Positions 38,422 through 51,579 are shown, counted from the first letter of the whole stretch. The stretch is 62,613 bases of DNA, filler included, from Bonamia ostreae (GCA_040357525.1; 34 parts of 34 records of this genome joined end to end with filler, not necessarily neighbours in it), one strand, 5' to 3'. Numbers and translations are program-made. The notes: a model not told the origin generated them from the letters alone.

Positions 38422-39993
38422 CTTTAACGAATTGAAAAGTCCGGTTTTTAAATGTCCGATTTATGTCGAATCGATCAAATTTTATACCAAAAGCCAAATA
38501 TATTAAAGCTTAAATGCAAAGTCCGAAATAATTTAAAATTTAGCTTTTTTGAAATGTCCTGTGATATATCAAAAATTGATTCCAATGTTCATAGTAAAAA
38601 TTTAGACAATTTTAAGGTCAACAACCAATTTACTCGATTGACATTTCTCCTTGTTCCAAATATCTTGCTACAGCTGGCGGCGGTTTATAGTCTTCACATA
38701 GAAACATTTAGCCCTAAAATTTTGATAAAACGAATGTACAAAATTTTACCAAGTTCAAGTTTTATTNNNNNNNNNNNNNNNNNNNNNNNNNNNNNNNNNN
38801 NNNNNNNNNNTTAATTAATTAANNNNNNNNNNNNNNNNNNNNNNNNNNNNNNNNNNNNNNNNNNNNTATATATGAATAAAGATAAATTTAGAATCATAAA
38901 GCTATGTACACGAAATTTCCGTTTTGGTACAAAAATTGAGAGGAGAGAGACGGACAAAGCATGCGCTCGCATTGTAATATATCCTCAAAGGTGAATACGT
39001 TCAGCAGCCTGTAATTTTCTAAAAAACTCAAGAACATTAAAATCTTTGCAAAATGCATATCTTTAACATCCACATAACAATTCGTAATATAAAGTTTTCG
39101 CTTTAAAACTGAGGAAGGAGTAAGACGGACAATTTATATACCCTCTACAGTGTATTCAATATTCCCTCAAAATTGAATTAAGTTCAACAACCTAATATTT
39201 GCTTAGATAGTGAAGAAAATCAAATTCCTTGTCACATGAACACCGTCAATATGAATACAGACATTCTGTACAACAAGATCCTCACTAGTATACTGAGAGA
39301 GGATGGGCATATAACATACAATGTACACTTTTAACAGATTTACATGTATCAGTAACAACGAGAAAAGGATTGACCAAAAGATATTTTCTAAACTAGCTTC
39401 AAGATTAGATTCCCGGGACTTTCTATTATACACGTATTTTATAGATTTATTGCCCTCAAGACAAAAGTGAAACTGAATGTGGTTGAGTTCTTGATGGAGT
39501 GTCGGAATGGGGTATTATGTTGTCTGCTTTTTATACATGTCCGCGCCTTTATGACCTTATATCTCTGAAACTTAATCATTCAAGATAGAGAACTCATGCT
39601 TCGTAATTTAAAAGGACATAGCCATATCACTGATTAAGGTCATTCATAGAAACACATTTGATTGTATATTGTATATACAGTCTTGTTTGATCAGAACCTG
39701 AAATAATGAGTTTCATCGTGTTTCTAGATTAAGAAATCTTTAGAGGTCATAACGACCGCTACATGATTTATAAAATGCAAGAGTGATCGAAAAATCCATT
39801 GTTCTATGAAGAATGAAATAAATGTTTGCGTTACAAAGGATTTTTATATCATATTTTATATTTTCCCCATATATGGAAACTGGAAAACATAACAATTTTT
39901 TTTAAATTTCAAGATTCAGTTTTCCGGTTTAAAAACTTTGGCATTGTGAACATGCCTTTGAGATATCTAAGTAGATATATTTGTTTGTTTTAG

Positions 39994-40260
39994 AACCAGG
40001 TGATCCTTCTTGTTCTAAAGCGAAGTACCAATCAACAAATAATTCGATAACGATATTCGGAGCGAGTATTTCAGCGGAAGGTGCTGATTCATATAAAGTA
40101 TGGAAATCAAAGGACCCAGAGATACAATTACTAATTCTTCACGACCAAGATGCAACCTTCTACAACTTAACGACAAATACCGATTACAAGATTTTTGTAC
40201 AATCTAGAAGTCCTTACGGGAAACTCAGCATTGGAACATGCAGGTTTTCAACAGCAACTA
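39994..40260 (+). CDS. Host fibronectin type III-like exon
   Basis: 267-nt phase 1-1 exon (TAG acceptor, GTACGT donor) encoding STNNSITI...YKV...FYNLTTNTDYKIFVQS. Confidence 0.7.
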
Positions 40261-40795
40261 GTACGTTTATATTATTGTATTTCATGTTTTAAGGTAACAT
40301 TGCCCTTTCTTAAGACCAGTTTCCAGTTATTGTTCTCCAATGATTAAGATTTTGAAGCTACCAACGATGAAAAATCTCACATCAAATCTCAGCATTATAC
40401 ACTGAATCTTTTAATCATCTGATATTTTGCTAGAAGGGTATGCCACTAACTTTATTCTGAAATGCCATTTGAAAAGAAATATTTGAGATTGTTCGTAAGT
40501 TTTTCTAGCTATATGATGAGAGTTTACACCAGATTTAATTTATTCAAAAACACACTTAAAAAATGGAATAAGCATAGTACACATGCAATTTATGATAATA
40601 AAGCCNNNNNNNNNNNNNNNNNNNNNNNNNNNNNNNNNNNNNNNNNNNNTTAATTAATTAANNNNNNNNNNNNNNNNNNNNNNNNNNNNNNNNNNNNNNN
40701 NNNNNAAGCTGCTGTGAAGGAAAATAACATTGAATTCATACAAAAATATTTAAAATTGGGAATCGATTACAAAATCTCAGCAAAAATAAAAATAC

Positions 40796-41141
40796 GGGCA
40801 ACGCAATGATTCACCGCAACAATCGGTTTCCGCCAAAGTTGCGATAGCGTCCGCACCACCAAAGCAACGCTTATCAAAGGACGCGCTATTCCCGGCCCTT
40901 TTGTATAAGCGATCGCGTCGATATCGACCGGTTTCAAACCAGATTCCAAAAACGCTTTTTCGATCAACTCGAAAATATGTTTTCTGTGGTGCGTCGCCGT
41001 TTCCTTCGGGAGGAAACCTGTCCCGGGCGGAGAGATAAAAGTGTGGCGTTGGTTGGCTAAAATCTTCCCAGAAGAAGTGACTATTCCAACGCCCAATTTG
41101 TTCGCGGAACCTTCGAATCCGATTATAACGGTTTCGGACAT
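40796..41141 (-). CDS. KAE1: tRNA N6-threonylcarbamoyltransferase Kae1/OSGEP, first exon
   Basis: Motifs [37 protein letters not shown] and VAVNHCVA. Confidence 0.97.
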
Positions 41142-41597
41142 TTTTAAGCTCTTTTTAACAAGTTTTATGGACAATTGTTAAATAAAATGTTTTTTCTTTT
41201 GCGAAATTTTAAAATAAATCGCAGTTTGATTTTTAAAACAAGTTTTTTTTATAAAAATGTCATTTTTTCTTTACAATTCTTTACAATTTTTTGTTTTTGC
41301 GAATTTTTGAAAATTTTAAATTACTGTTTTTGTGCCATTTATCGCAACAAAAAAAAGGCATTTTTGGTAAAAATCTTTTACAAATATAAATGTTCTTTAC
41401 TGCAAATATAAATTTAAGCAAAATTAAATATCGCCATTTCACAAAATTTCTGCAATTTTTTTGTAACGCGATATTTACAAATATTTTAAATTTGATATTT
41501 GCATTCTATATTGCAAATTTGTAACGTTTTAGTGGATCCATTGCATTTTCAATATTAATAAAATTCCATACAATTAAGCAATTTAGAAAGCTAGAAG

Positions 41598-42442
41598 ATG
41601 TCCGAAAAAAACAATGATCCAAATATTCTCAGAAACATGCCTCACGGACTGCACAAACTTTTCGGAACAGGCGACAACGGCACAACGAGTTTCAAAGAGC
41701 CGCCCGAAATTGCGGCAAATTCGGACAAGGCGATCCGAAGAGAATCTACGATGATTCTTCCGCCAACACTTAATCCTGATAACTTATTCGACCGTATTTT
41801 TTACAGAAAATAAATTTTTTCTTTTTGAAAATAATTTTTTTAAATTTTTTTGGATTTTTGAAAATAAATTTTGCTTTTTTAAATTTTTTGAAAGCAAATT
41901 TTTTCTTTTTGATTTTTTTTGAAATTTTTGAAAATAAAATTTTTTCTTTTTTAAATTTTTTGAAAGCAAATTTTTTCTTTTTGATTTTTTTGATTTTTTT
42001 GAAAATAATTTTTAATTTATCCAATAACAAAAATAATAATACGACAAAAAGCCGACAAATTCGTTTCAGACAGAACAAAAATTCAGTCCTCGGACAACAA
42101 AAGCGAAAATCTCGCCGACCCCGTCGCAGTTGAGTTCGCAGCGTTCGGCCCGAATTGCTATAACCAAAACAACCCGAAACAAGGCCAAACGGCGTTCAAC
42201 GCGGACTATTACTACGCCATCAACGAACAAAGCAAAAATCTCTCCAAAAATAATCTCTACGTCGGAGGGATCCCGGCACATTACATGCAAAGCGATCTCC
42301 TGAACATCTTCAAAGAATATGGCAATGTCACTTCCGTCTTCATCACTCGCGCGGGCGGAATCGCTTTTGTCGAATTTGAGAAGGAGGAAAGCGCTCAAAG
42401 AGCCATCGCCGCTCAAAACAATAATATTCCGCCAAAAGTTTA
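41598..42442 (+). CDS. RRM RNA-binding protein (5' part)
   Basis: NLYVGGIP (RNP2) and GIAFVEF (RNP1). One intron of about 275 nt filled with AT tandem repeats. Confidence 0.8.
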
Positions 42443-42542
42443 NNNNNNNNNNNNNNNNNNNNNNNNNNNNNNNNNNNNNNNNNNNNTTAATTAATTAANN
42501 NNNNNNNNNNNNNNNNNNNNNNNNNNNNNNNNNNNNNNNNNN

Positions 42543-44279
42543 AGATAGACGCTCTGTTTGGTTCGAAAAGTCGTCCGAGTTGTCTGTACGTTCGATATTC
42601 AGTTGTTCAATACGCTGGTCTCTTTCCGCAACTAATTCCGCCATTTCCGATATCCTTCGTTCTAGTTCATTGCAGCGTACTCGTAATTGTTCACATTCGC
42701 CCAATTGCTTCGTCAATCGATCGCAGTCCGTCTCACGATCACGTAATTGACCCTCAAGTGAAATTTTTACCGCTTCCAGCTTTTGGGTATCATTCAGCAA
42801 TCCGTCAATTTGCACCGCGGTGCTAGCCGCGGCTTCCTTCGCAGCTTCGATACGTGTACGCAGATCTTCTTCCAACTCAATAACCCGGTTTTCTAGTTCA
42901 ATAATTTTTGTATTTAATCTATCGTTCTCTTGTTTATATGCCAACAATGTTGTTTGGTACTGGTGTATATCGTTAGCAACCGAATCGTCCGCTGCACACA
43001 TTTGGGCATTACGAGTTTCTAAAAGCCGAATATTTGTATCCCGTTGTCCAATAATATCCTGCAATTCTTTAATTTTTTCAACATACTTATTATTTAACTG
43101 GTCGCTTTGCGCAGCTTTTCCAAGCGCTTCCGATATCCTTCGTTCTAGTTCATTGTATCGTACTTGTAATTGGTCAAATTCGGTCAATCTCTCCCTCAAT
43201 CGATCGCATTCCATCTTATACCTAAGCGATCCCTTCTGAAGCTCGTCGTTTTCTGTATTCATGTTTTGGAGGTCGGTAAGCAATCTGTCAATTTCATTCT
43301 TGTCTTCTGTCGCAGCTTTAATACGTGCATGCAGGTTTTCCTTCAAATCACTAACCTCGATGTCTAGGGCTGTAATTCTTTGGTTTAAACCTATAATACT
43401 AGCATTCCGTTGTGCAATTTGACCATTCAATTGTTCAACTGCTCCATCACACGTCTCTTTCGATGTACAAAGTTGATTTCGGAGATTGTCAAGTTGAGTT
43501 TTTAACGCACCATTCTCTCGATCCAATTTGTCAAATTGTTCGTCACGTTGTGCAATACGTTGATTTAATACAGTAACAGATTCTTGAGATGTAGTGTATT
43601 GTTGTTGGATATCGGCCAGTTCTTTTTGTAATGCATCGAATTTGGCAAGATACTCATTTTTGTGTTCGCCTAACGTATCAGTGCATACTTTAATATTCGT
43701 CGTCAAGCGTTCAATAGTTTCTTCACATTTATTTTTTCCCTCTTGAAGTTTTTCAATTTCATTTTCGCAATCCTTTATTTGGGTAGATATCTTACCATTG
43801 CTTTCTTGTAATTGTTGCTTTTCAATTTTCAATCGATCACTCGTCTGGGTAACCCCTTCCAACTCGGTGCGTAACGATTCGATAAGTTTCGCATTGTCTG
43901 TTAAGCTACTATTCGTCACCGATGCTACAGCTTCCAATTCCGATACAGTCTTTTGATATTCGGCAAGTTTTTCATTAGCGATACCCAATTTGTATTCCGA
44001 ATCAGTATAATGCTTATTAAGTTGATCACTATCGGCTTTCAATTTATCCAATGTCTCCGTAAGGGTTGTATTTTTTTCACGCTCAGTGTTTAATGCCTCT
44101 CTAGTGGAAGTTAAATTATCGTTTAAAGTTCCCGCTTGTTGTATAAATGCCCCCGAGCGATTCTTCAATTCTGACAATTCATCTTTACGTTTCTGTAATT
44201 CTTTAGCACTATTCGCATTGGATATCTTAGCGCCTTCTAATTCCTTATTTAATCGTGTCGACTCAACTTGTGCAGTATT
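42543..44279 (-). CDS. Long intronless coiled-coil protein (internal fragment, origin unclear)
   Basis: Open across the whole contig, heptad-rich, with internal repeats such as CDRL...EQL.VR.NELERRISE occurring twice. Confidence 0.8.
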
Positions 44280-44379
44280 NNNNNNNNNNNNNNNNNNNNN
44301 NNNNNNNNNNNNNNNNNNNNNNNTTAATTAATTAANNNNNNNNNNNNNNNNNNNNNNNNNNNNNNNNNNNNNNNNNNNN

Positions 44380-44827
44380 TTATAGTTTTGACTTTGCACT
44401 GATTAGTCAAATCGAATTTGGAGATTGAGCCGTCTTTTGATCCGCTGAAAAGAAATTTTCCGTCTGGACTGATGTCGATCGCAGTGACGGTTTGGGAATG
44501 TTTTGTTAGCCCGGAAACGCTGAATTTTGACGAATTTAGTAATTTGTCAAAATTTTGGGCTATTTTTAGTGTTGAAATTCCGCCTTGTAAATTTAATTTT
44601 TTTGTTATTTTTTTTGTTATTTCTTTGTCATCGCGTTCGTTTGTCTTTTCGTTATCGCTTAAAATGCTAACCTTTAGTTTCTTAATATAGTCTTTTGCCA
44701 TTTTTAGTCTGTTGTTTTTGTTTTTATCGGATTCGCTTTCTTCGAATTCAGAATTTAGAGAAGACGCGTCTTGATCATCGGATTGATCTAAAGCTAAAAA
44801 GGGATCTGTAAATTTGCGTTTGCTCAT
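44380..44827 (-). CDS. RRP9: U3 snoRNP WD40 protein RRP9/U3-55K (5' part)
   Basis: Motifs DPF, an acidic stretch, RLKMAKDYIKKL and HSQTVTAIDISPDGKFLFSGSKDGSI. Confidence 0.85.
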
Positions 44828-45069
44828 TCTTCGAACTTAGACAGATATTTGTCAATTTTATTAACGCAAATTAGCATATTCAAGTTTAGCAAAATTGAAT
44901 TGCAAGAAATGTTGGCACTTATTGCTCATTTGCCAATATTTAAATTTGATTAGACATTTTAAATGATCAAAAAGCGAAATTAAAAAAGCAAAATTAAAAA
45001 GCGCCTTTTTGTCGTTGATGATCGACGGCAAAAAGTAAAAATAAGATTTGTTTAAAAATTTAAACAAGA

Positions 45070-46115
45070 TCAATTATTTACTGAAAACTCATCATCGAGT
45101 TGTTTCAAAGTTCTAAAAATGTCTTTAAGAGGACAATCGGATTTAAGCGCCACATCTTTTTGACTGTTTTTGTCCAAATCTTCAAAAATGTTTAGCAAAT
45201 TTCCGTCCAAAAAATTTTCCATCTGAACTTTTTCGTTGGTTCGATCAAAAAACTCTCTATATCGCATGTGCCTAGTTTTGACAAAAATTGCAAAAATCAA
45301 AAATTTGTCGGTTACAGACATTCAAGAACCGAAGTTTATAGAAGCAACCTCAGTCAAATTAGGAGTTCAGATAAACCTACTCTCCGTCTTGACATCAGTT
45401 TGGAAACGACAGCTTCGAGATTCGAACCCATGCGCGCACGAATGCGTACACTTTGTCCGAACCACTGAGCCATCGCGCCAAAAAATTTTAAAATTCGAAA
45501 AATGGAATAATCGAACAAAAAAACTTGAGCAAACTGTGAAAATTGGAATAATTGTTGCTTAAGACGTTCTGTAGTTTTTTTATTTTCGAAAGGTCGTCAG
45601 AGTCGACTTTAAAGACCACCCCAAATTCTCCTTCCGCGGTGCCGAAAAAGATGATTCTTTTTCTGTTGTGGTCTTCTATCGGGTTAAAGTCTGCGGAAGT
45701 TCGGTCCATTATTGTTATTTTTGATCCCAAATGAAATCTTCCTTTGGTCTATTTTTGGAATTAAAAATGTGAAGCGAAAACAGCGAGATCCGGCAAAAGT
45801 CTTTTGGAGGAATCGACGTCTCGTTTTATGTACCTCAAATTTCCGTGGCGATCGGCAGTGACAAAATTGTCTTTGTCCAAAAATTCCGTGTCGGTGACAA
45901 AGCTCATTCGGCAATCGCTCGCCAGTTTATGCAACGTTTCTGTGTCGTGGCCCAATAAAGTGATTGATCTCATGATGTCCTAAAATGTGTTATTGTTCCA
46001 GTTAATTTTATTGTCGAATTTAAGTTTGAGATAAAGAATAAATTACCCCGGAAATGATGAGATTGTTTAAATTTTTGACTTTTAAAGTCAAAACATGGCA
46101 GTTAAATTTTGTGAC
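45070..46115 (-). CDS. DDB1: DDB1-like (CPSF_A family) C-terminal part
   Basis: Motifs IISGDIMRSITLL, FLDKDNFVTAD, GRFHLGS, FFGTAEGEFGVV, HMRYREF and NFLDGNLL. Introns include 45272-45524 (253 nt). SF3B3 or CPSF1 are not fully excluded. Confidence 0.7.
45315..45479 (-). ncRNA. tRNA(Ser/Leu)-derived Pol III element (SINE-like), copy 1, intronic
   Basis: Starts GGCGCGA. A box TGGCTCAGTGG (45462-45472), B box GGTTCGAATC (45419-45428), no intact anticodon arm, a body of about 90 nt, then T-runs. Confidence 0.7.
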
Positions 46116-47309
46116 NNNNNNNNNNNNNNNNNNNNNNNNNNNNNNNNNNNNNNNNNNNNTTAATTAATTAANNNNNNNNNNNNNNNNNNNNNNNNNNNNN
46201 NNNNNNNNNNNNNNNTTGCTACGACAGAAAAAAGGAGAAAATATGTCGATCTACAATCGACGGAAGAAAACTCTCATAATAGTACTCATTACCAGCTCAT
46301 CGGAGTTATCGCGCAGTGTCATTGATAAAAAAAAGAGAACAAATATCGCAAGCAACTGTGAGATTACCAGTGCATAAAGGAAACGTTCACAGTGTTATAC
46401 ACCCTCCACTTTTTTAAAAAGTTAATATACATGGTGTATTTTTTAAAAACAATAATATAGCTATTGGTAGAATTGCATTTTATTTTATTTTCTAACATAG
46501 TTTATTAAACTAACATGCTTGTTCAAAACTCCACCCCACCTATTTTAAAAAAAAATGTTATTTTGTAATTTTCAAAATGCATATCGAAACGCATTAGTTG
46601 TTTTAATTAGTGTTATACGTCCCAAAATATAAATAGAAATGTAATTTGGCCAATGGATAATTCAATTTAAAATATTGCAAAAGTAAAGGGTTACATGAGA
46701 TTGTACGATTTCAAAGTCCACACCATATGAAGATATATTCTAAATGTATGATATAATAAAATATGAATGACAGGAACATCACAATTAATTAATTGAATTA
46801 TAATGATAATGAATACCAATTCCAAAAGTATGTTGAAAGCCCGAGTTCAGTTAACTCAATGGTAAATGTTAATTGAATTATGTCTCCTTTAATCTGCTTT
46901 TTTATATTTAATTAGAAGTGTCAATTGGATTAATTAATACACTGTTTCTTTGGTTTACATCTGGTTTTGTGTCGCATCTGGGAATTTTCAGTTTCTATTT
47001 TTAGTTTCGATCCCTGATCCTTGATGCTTGATGTGCTTATATTGGACCTTATTTACTACTACCAATCTTCAGTTGAACAACTTCATAAACTGTTGTATTG
47101 AATGCATCACTACATTGTTGAAAACACTGTGTACAAATAAAAGTTCACATTCCCCTGCTCCAGTGACCACAAATATCGTATTGCACGTATATTTGTTCGC
47201 TGCTCCAATAAACACAGATTGCTATTACATATATACATGAACGCAAGCGTCAAAGAACGGCCGACCACAATGGCTGATTATTGTTGTTTACATATAAACC
47301 AAGTTTCTC

Positions 47310-47951
47310 TTCTACAATAAACCAATGTATGCCTATCATCACTCAAGTTCCATTTCTCTATGTCCTTTGCACGATTTCCCTTTGAAATAGACTGCAAAAT
47401 GTCCAAGCTATAACTCAGAAACTTGATGAGAGAGAATCCACTAATTTGAAATAAATAATACATGGCATGGAACAATGATTTTGCAGCTTCTTCTGTCGTC
47501 ACTGATGATAAACAGTCATCTACATACATGTTTGTTAACAACGTCTTTGTGGCTTTAGGCAGAAAGTNNNNNNNNNNCCGTGTCGGTACTCTCTTCTGCA
47601 GTTCGAAAGAGGGAAAAGTAGCAACACCTCGGTGAATCTGTGGCACCCAAGATATGCACATGTCCTTTCTACTTTAAAGGTGCCTCTTCAGTATTTCCAT
47701 TTCTCTACCAAAAGAAATACAAACAATCTATGGGAGACATATTCACTTGGTAAAACATAGATTATAATATGTCTCCTAATACAGCAACCTTCTCTTGACG
47801 AATGCAAATGACAACAGCTAGAAGATTGCTTGCTAAGTTCGGTCCTTATAATACAATGAGATTCCATCGAAATTTGCAGAACAATCAAATACCACTCGTA
47901 GTTTATCAAATATTTTTTTTGAATGGTAAACACCATGGTGGGGTAGATACC
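47310..47951 (-). mobile_element. BEL/Pao LTR retrotransposon RT remnant (host)
   Basis: [19 protein letters not shown] and MYVDDCLSSV...GFSLIKFLS, with frameshifts. Confidence 0.85.
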
Positions 47952-48250
47952 NNNNNNNNNNNNNNNNNNNNNNNNNNNNNNNNNNNNNNNNNNNNTTAAT
48001 TAATTAANNNNNNNNNNNNNNNNNNNNNNNNNNNNNNNNNNNNNNNNNNNNAAGAGCATATTGTTTTAACAGAAAATTATGTCGTCTTAGCATTTTAACC
48101 ATTTTTACAGAAAATTATGCGAAGTTGCTATCCTTTTACATTAATTTGTAAAAAATCACAAAAGACTAATCGCTTTAACGATTTAAAGAAAATGTGTTTC
48201 TCTATAAAGAATATTTAAAATAACTTACAATAAACCAATCAAAAAATAAT

Positions 48251-49786
48251 ATGGTTAATTTGAGCTTTTTCTTTGTATCTCTAGTTCTTTGTTTTCAAAA
48301 CATAAATGGCTTCAATTGCAGAGTCCCAGAAGATTATGTCAAAGACGACTTTTATGGTTGCAAAGTTTATAAAAACATTTGGACGCTGTTTCATACAATT
48401 TTTGTGGGCACATGTTTAGTAAAAAAAGATACTCCTATCACGAAAATATTGTACTACAACACTCAGACTAAAAGCTATGTAGGTCAGGTGACTTGCGATA
48501 GTTTGTATGACAGAAGTAAATTGAGAAGGCGAGCATGTTTATCTAAATAAATAATAGTTGTTGCATTACAGAAGTGTACAGACACGCAAATTGCCTTAAA
48601 ACCAGACGCATCTTGTTCAAGATCTGGTGCCTACGTATCTCAGAATTGCAGAATATCACTTCCACCAGGAATGCGATTCAAATTCGGAAATACTTTAACG
48701 ACTACTGTCACTTTGGATATCTCAAACTCAAGGCAAATGTGCCAACATGTCTATAAATCTTGTAAATACTCGAATCAATTGTTACCTGCCTCAAGTTGTA
48801 CAACTGACAATCCTTCACTGTTCTATGATCAATGCTCATTCGGAATTAAATCCCCAAATGCGTTTAATGTCGATGGAAAATTTGAATTACAATCAACTTG
48901 GATTTGTGGTCAAAATGGAATTATCAAAACTTCGTACAAATATTCAGCCGGATGTCCTGATGGATTTTTGCAAACCAAACACCTCAACGCTAATAAGGGA
49001 TGTGAAAGATTGATAGCAAATTTTTTATTTGGGAAATGCGATCTTTCGCGAGATAACGCTAAATTCCAAAATCCCACTCTTCCGAAATTGTTACAAGACA
49101 CTTTCCCTTATGTTTGTAACAACGGACAGGATAATAGTAACAAGTTGGTAGTTGTCATAGGATGTTTGCGTTACCAAACTACTTTTGCAAACGCTCTAAC
49201 TCCAGACAAAACTTGTGTTGCTTCAAAAAGTCATTTTTTTCGCAAATGTGATTTTCATGTAGCAGAAAATTATAGATGGGTCAACCCCCAGAACAAATTG
49301 CTTTCTCTCATTACTTCGGATTGCGATGATGATGGAAAACGAAGTCCTGAAAAAGTACTTTTGGTAAAGGGATGTCCAAAACCCACATCAGTGACTCCAA
49401 CACGCTATTCGCTCGATCACAAATGCACAACTACAAATTCTCTGTACTTTGAAAGTTGCCTGGCAATCGCTATGCCTAGATGGCTTTTCACGGTCAATTC
49501 TTCTTTTCAAGATGAAGTCTGCATTGGCTGTGACAATGGAAAATCAAATGTAACTAGACTCGACTTAATTCCTTGTAATCTATTTTTAAATATTAGTCTG
49601 TCCGCTTCCAAGGTTTGCTTCAAATCCCGGAGCTGTGCTACCAAAAGAAGTTTGCATAAGATATAAGAATGGATTCGTTAAATCCTGCCGCGTGGACCAT
49701 GGTATGTTTTTCAGAATGTATGAACACGGTTCAAGAATTGATTCGAAATTGTTACCATGTTCTCCTACCTTTGATCCAACTTCGTT
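48251..49786 (+). CDS. Secreted cysteine-rich repeat protein (protist type, 3' partial)
   Basis: Signal peptide MVNLSFFFVSLVLCFQNING. Repeats of about 60 aa with 4 Cys. Introns 48537-48557 (21 nt) and 49575-49596 (22 nt) join three ORFs. Confidence 0.8.
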
Positions 49787-49886
49787 NNNNNNNNNNNNNN
49801 NNNNNNNNNNNNNNNNNNNNNNNNNNNNNNTTAATTAATTAANNNNNNNNNNNNNNNNNNNNNNNNNNNNNNNNNNNNNNNNNNNN

Positions 49887-50216
49887 AACTGTTTAAGATC
49901 TTCGACGATTTTGTCTCTTCTTACAAAAACGGAATTGAATTTTGGAAGAAAGTTAAGCAAAAAGAAGATAGAGACAAAAAGAAAAAAGATTTTGCGATAG
50001 AAAACAAAAAAAGACTCGAAAAAATTAGACACAAATCTAGAGGTTTTGCTAAATTTTAACTGTTTTATTTTTTCCAAAATTTTAACTTTGATGAAAGACA
50101 AAAGAATTTCTTTAAATAATGGTGTCACTGACAATGTCGTAAACAACTTGAAACAGGCACATTCTGATGCGATTACGCAAGAGATTTTGCGAAGAAGGAA
50201 ATTGTCGCAACAATAA
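49887..50216 (+). CDS. Formin C-terminus (end of FH2 plus DAD motif)
   Basis: LFKIFDDFVSSYKNG..., then after one intron NGVTDNVVNNLKQ...ILRRRK*. Confidence 0.7.
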
Positions 50217-50601
50217 AAATCAGAATAAAATTTTGATTTTTAAATTTTCCGCGATTTACAAAAATTTTGGTCGTCATTTTTTAAAGAATTTAATTTTAAT
50301 ATTTTTCGTTGTTCATTTTTTGTTTCTTTTTTTTTCGCTTTTGTGAAAATAATTTTTAGTCCTTTTTTTTCGCTTTTGTGAAAATATTTTATCGTCGTTC
50401 TTCTTTTTTTCGTTGTTTTTTTTAGTTTTTCTTATTCAAAATTAAATTTCATAAAAATTCGCCTTCTAAAAAATTGTAAAATTTTAAATTATCTAAAATT
50501 CGAAGTCTAAAACTTTTTATAGCAAATCTATTAATTAAAATTTCGCTTAAACCCAAATTTAGCCGCCGCTAACGATATTTAGCTTAAACAAACTGAACAA
50601 A

Positions 50602-51579
50602 ATGCAAAAATTTGCAAATTTTTCAAATTTCCGATATCGCTTAATATTCGCAATACTTTCAGGCAAAAAAATAGCATTTGCACTGAACAAAAATTCACGC
50701 CTAAATTTGCACCAAAACACTTTTCTCGATTTGTGCAAAAAAATTTGTAACGACTTTTATACAGACATCGATAAAAATTATCTTGTGATCAACCCCGGTA
50801 CCATCGTCAATGGCACCGATATCGAATTTGATTGCGGCTATGAAAAACCAATTGGATATTTCATTGAAGGAATTCTGGTTTTAGCTTTGTTCGGCAAAAA
50901 CGATCTGAAAATAACTTTTGCTGGAAAAACGAGTTCTTTCGGAAATATTTCGGTCGATTTTGCGAAAAATCTGGTGGAGACACTGAAACATTTCGGTGCC
51001 AATAATTGTGTGCTCGAAATTAAGAAAAGAGGTTCGTGCAAAGAAATGCCCGCCGAAATCAGTTTAATAGTTTCTGTGGTCAAATCTTTGAAACAGGTCA
51101 ATTTGGTCGATTCTGGCCATGTTGAGAAAATAAGAGGAATTGCTTTTTGTGAAATGGTGCCTCCCGCGATTGCCAATAGAATGTCAATTACGGCCAAAAA
51201 GATTTTGAAGGATTTTTTGCCCGACGTTTGGATTTTTACAGAAGCGTTTAATCGGAAAATTTTGATGTTTTAAAAATGGAAAATATTTTGAAAATGAAAG
51301 AAATAAAGAAGATAAAAATTTTGGGATATGTTTGACAGCCGAGTCCTCGACAGGGAGTCTGTTAAGCGGCGAAGAATGTTTGCACGACAGTTTATCGCCG
51401 GAAGAGGTGGCTGAAAGGGCAACCAAATTTGTGTTAAAAGAGATTTCTCATGTTTGAAGCAAATTAACAAAAAAGGGAGGGTTTTTTGACGAGAAAACTC
51501 AGCCTTTCGTCATTTTGTTAATGGTTTTGTGTAGAGAGGACGTAAGTAATGTCAAATTTGGGAAATTATCTAATAAAGC
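50602..51579 (+). CDS. RCL1: RNA 3'-terminal phosphate cyclase-like protein (3' partial)
   Basis: Motifs NFRYRLIFAILSGKKI, PIGYFIEGILVLALFGK, EKIRGIAF, FLPDVWIFT, SPEEVA and GGFFDEKTQ. 24-nt intron at 51452-51475. Confidence 0.92.

Noticed and set aside
41770-42133. K/F-rich ORFs on both strands
   Set aside because: Translations of an intronic AT minisatellite.
48537-48557. Stop-codon readthrough or genetic-code reassignment at single in-frame TAA/TGA codons
   Set aside because: Each in-frame stop lies within a removable GT..AG 3n microintron, and genes end normally in TAA, TGA or TAG.
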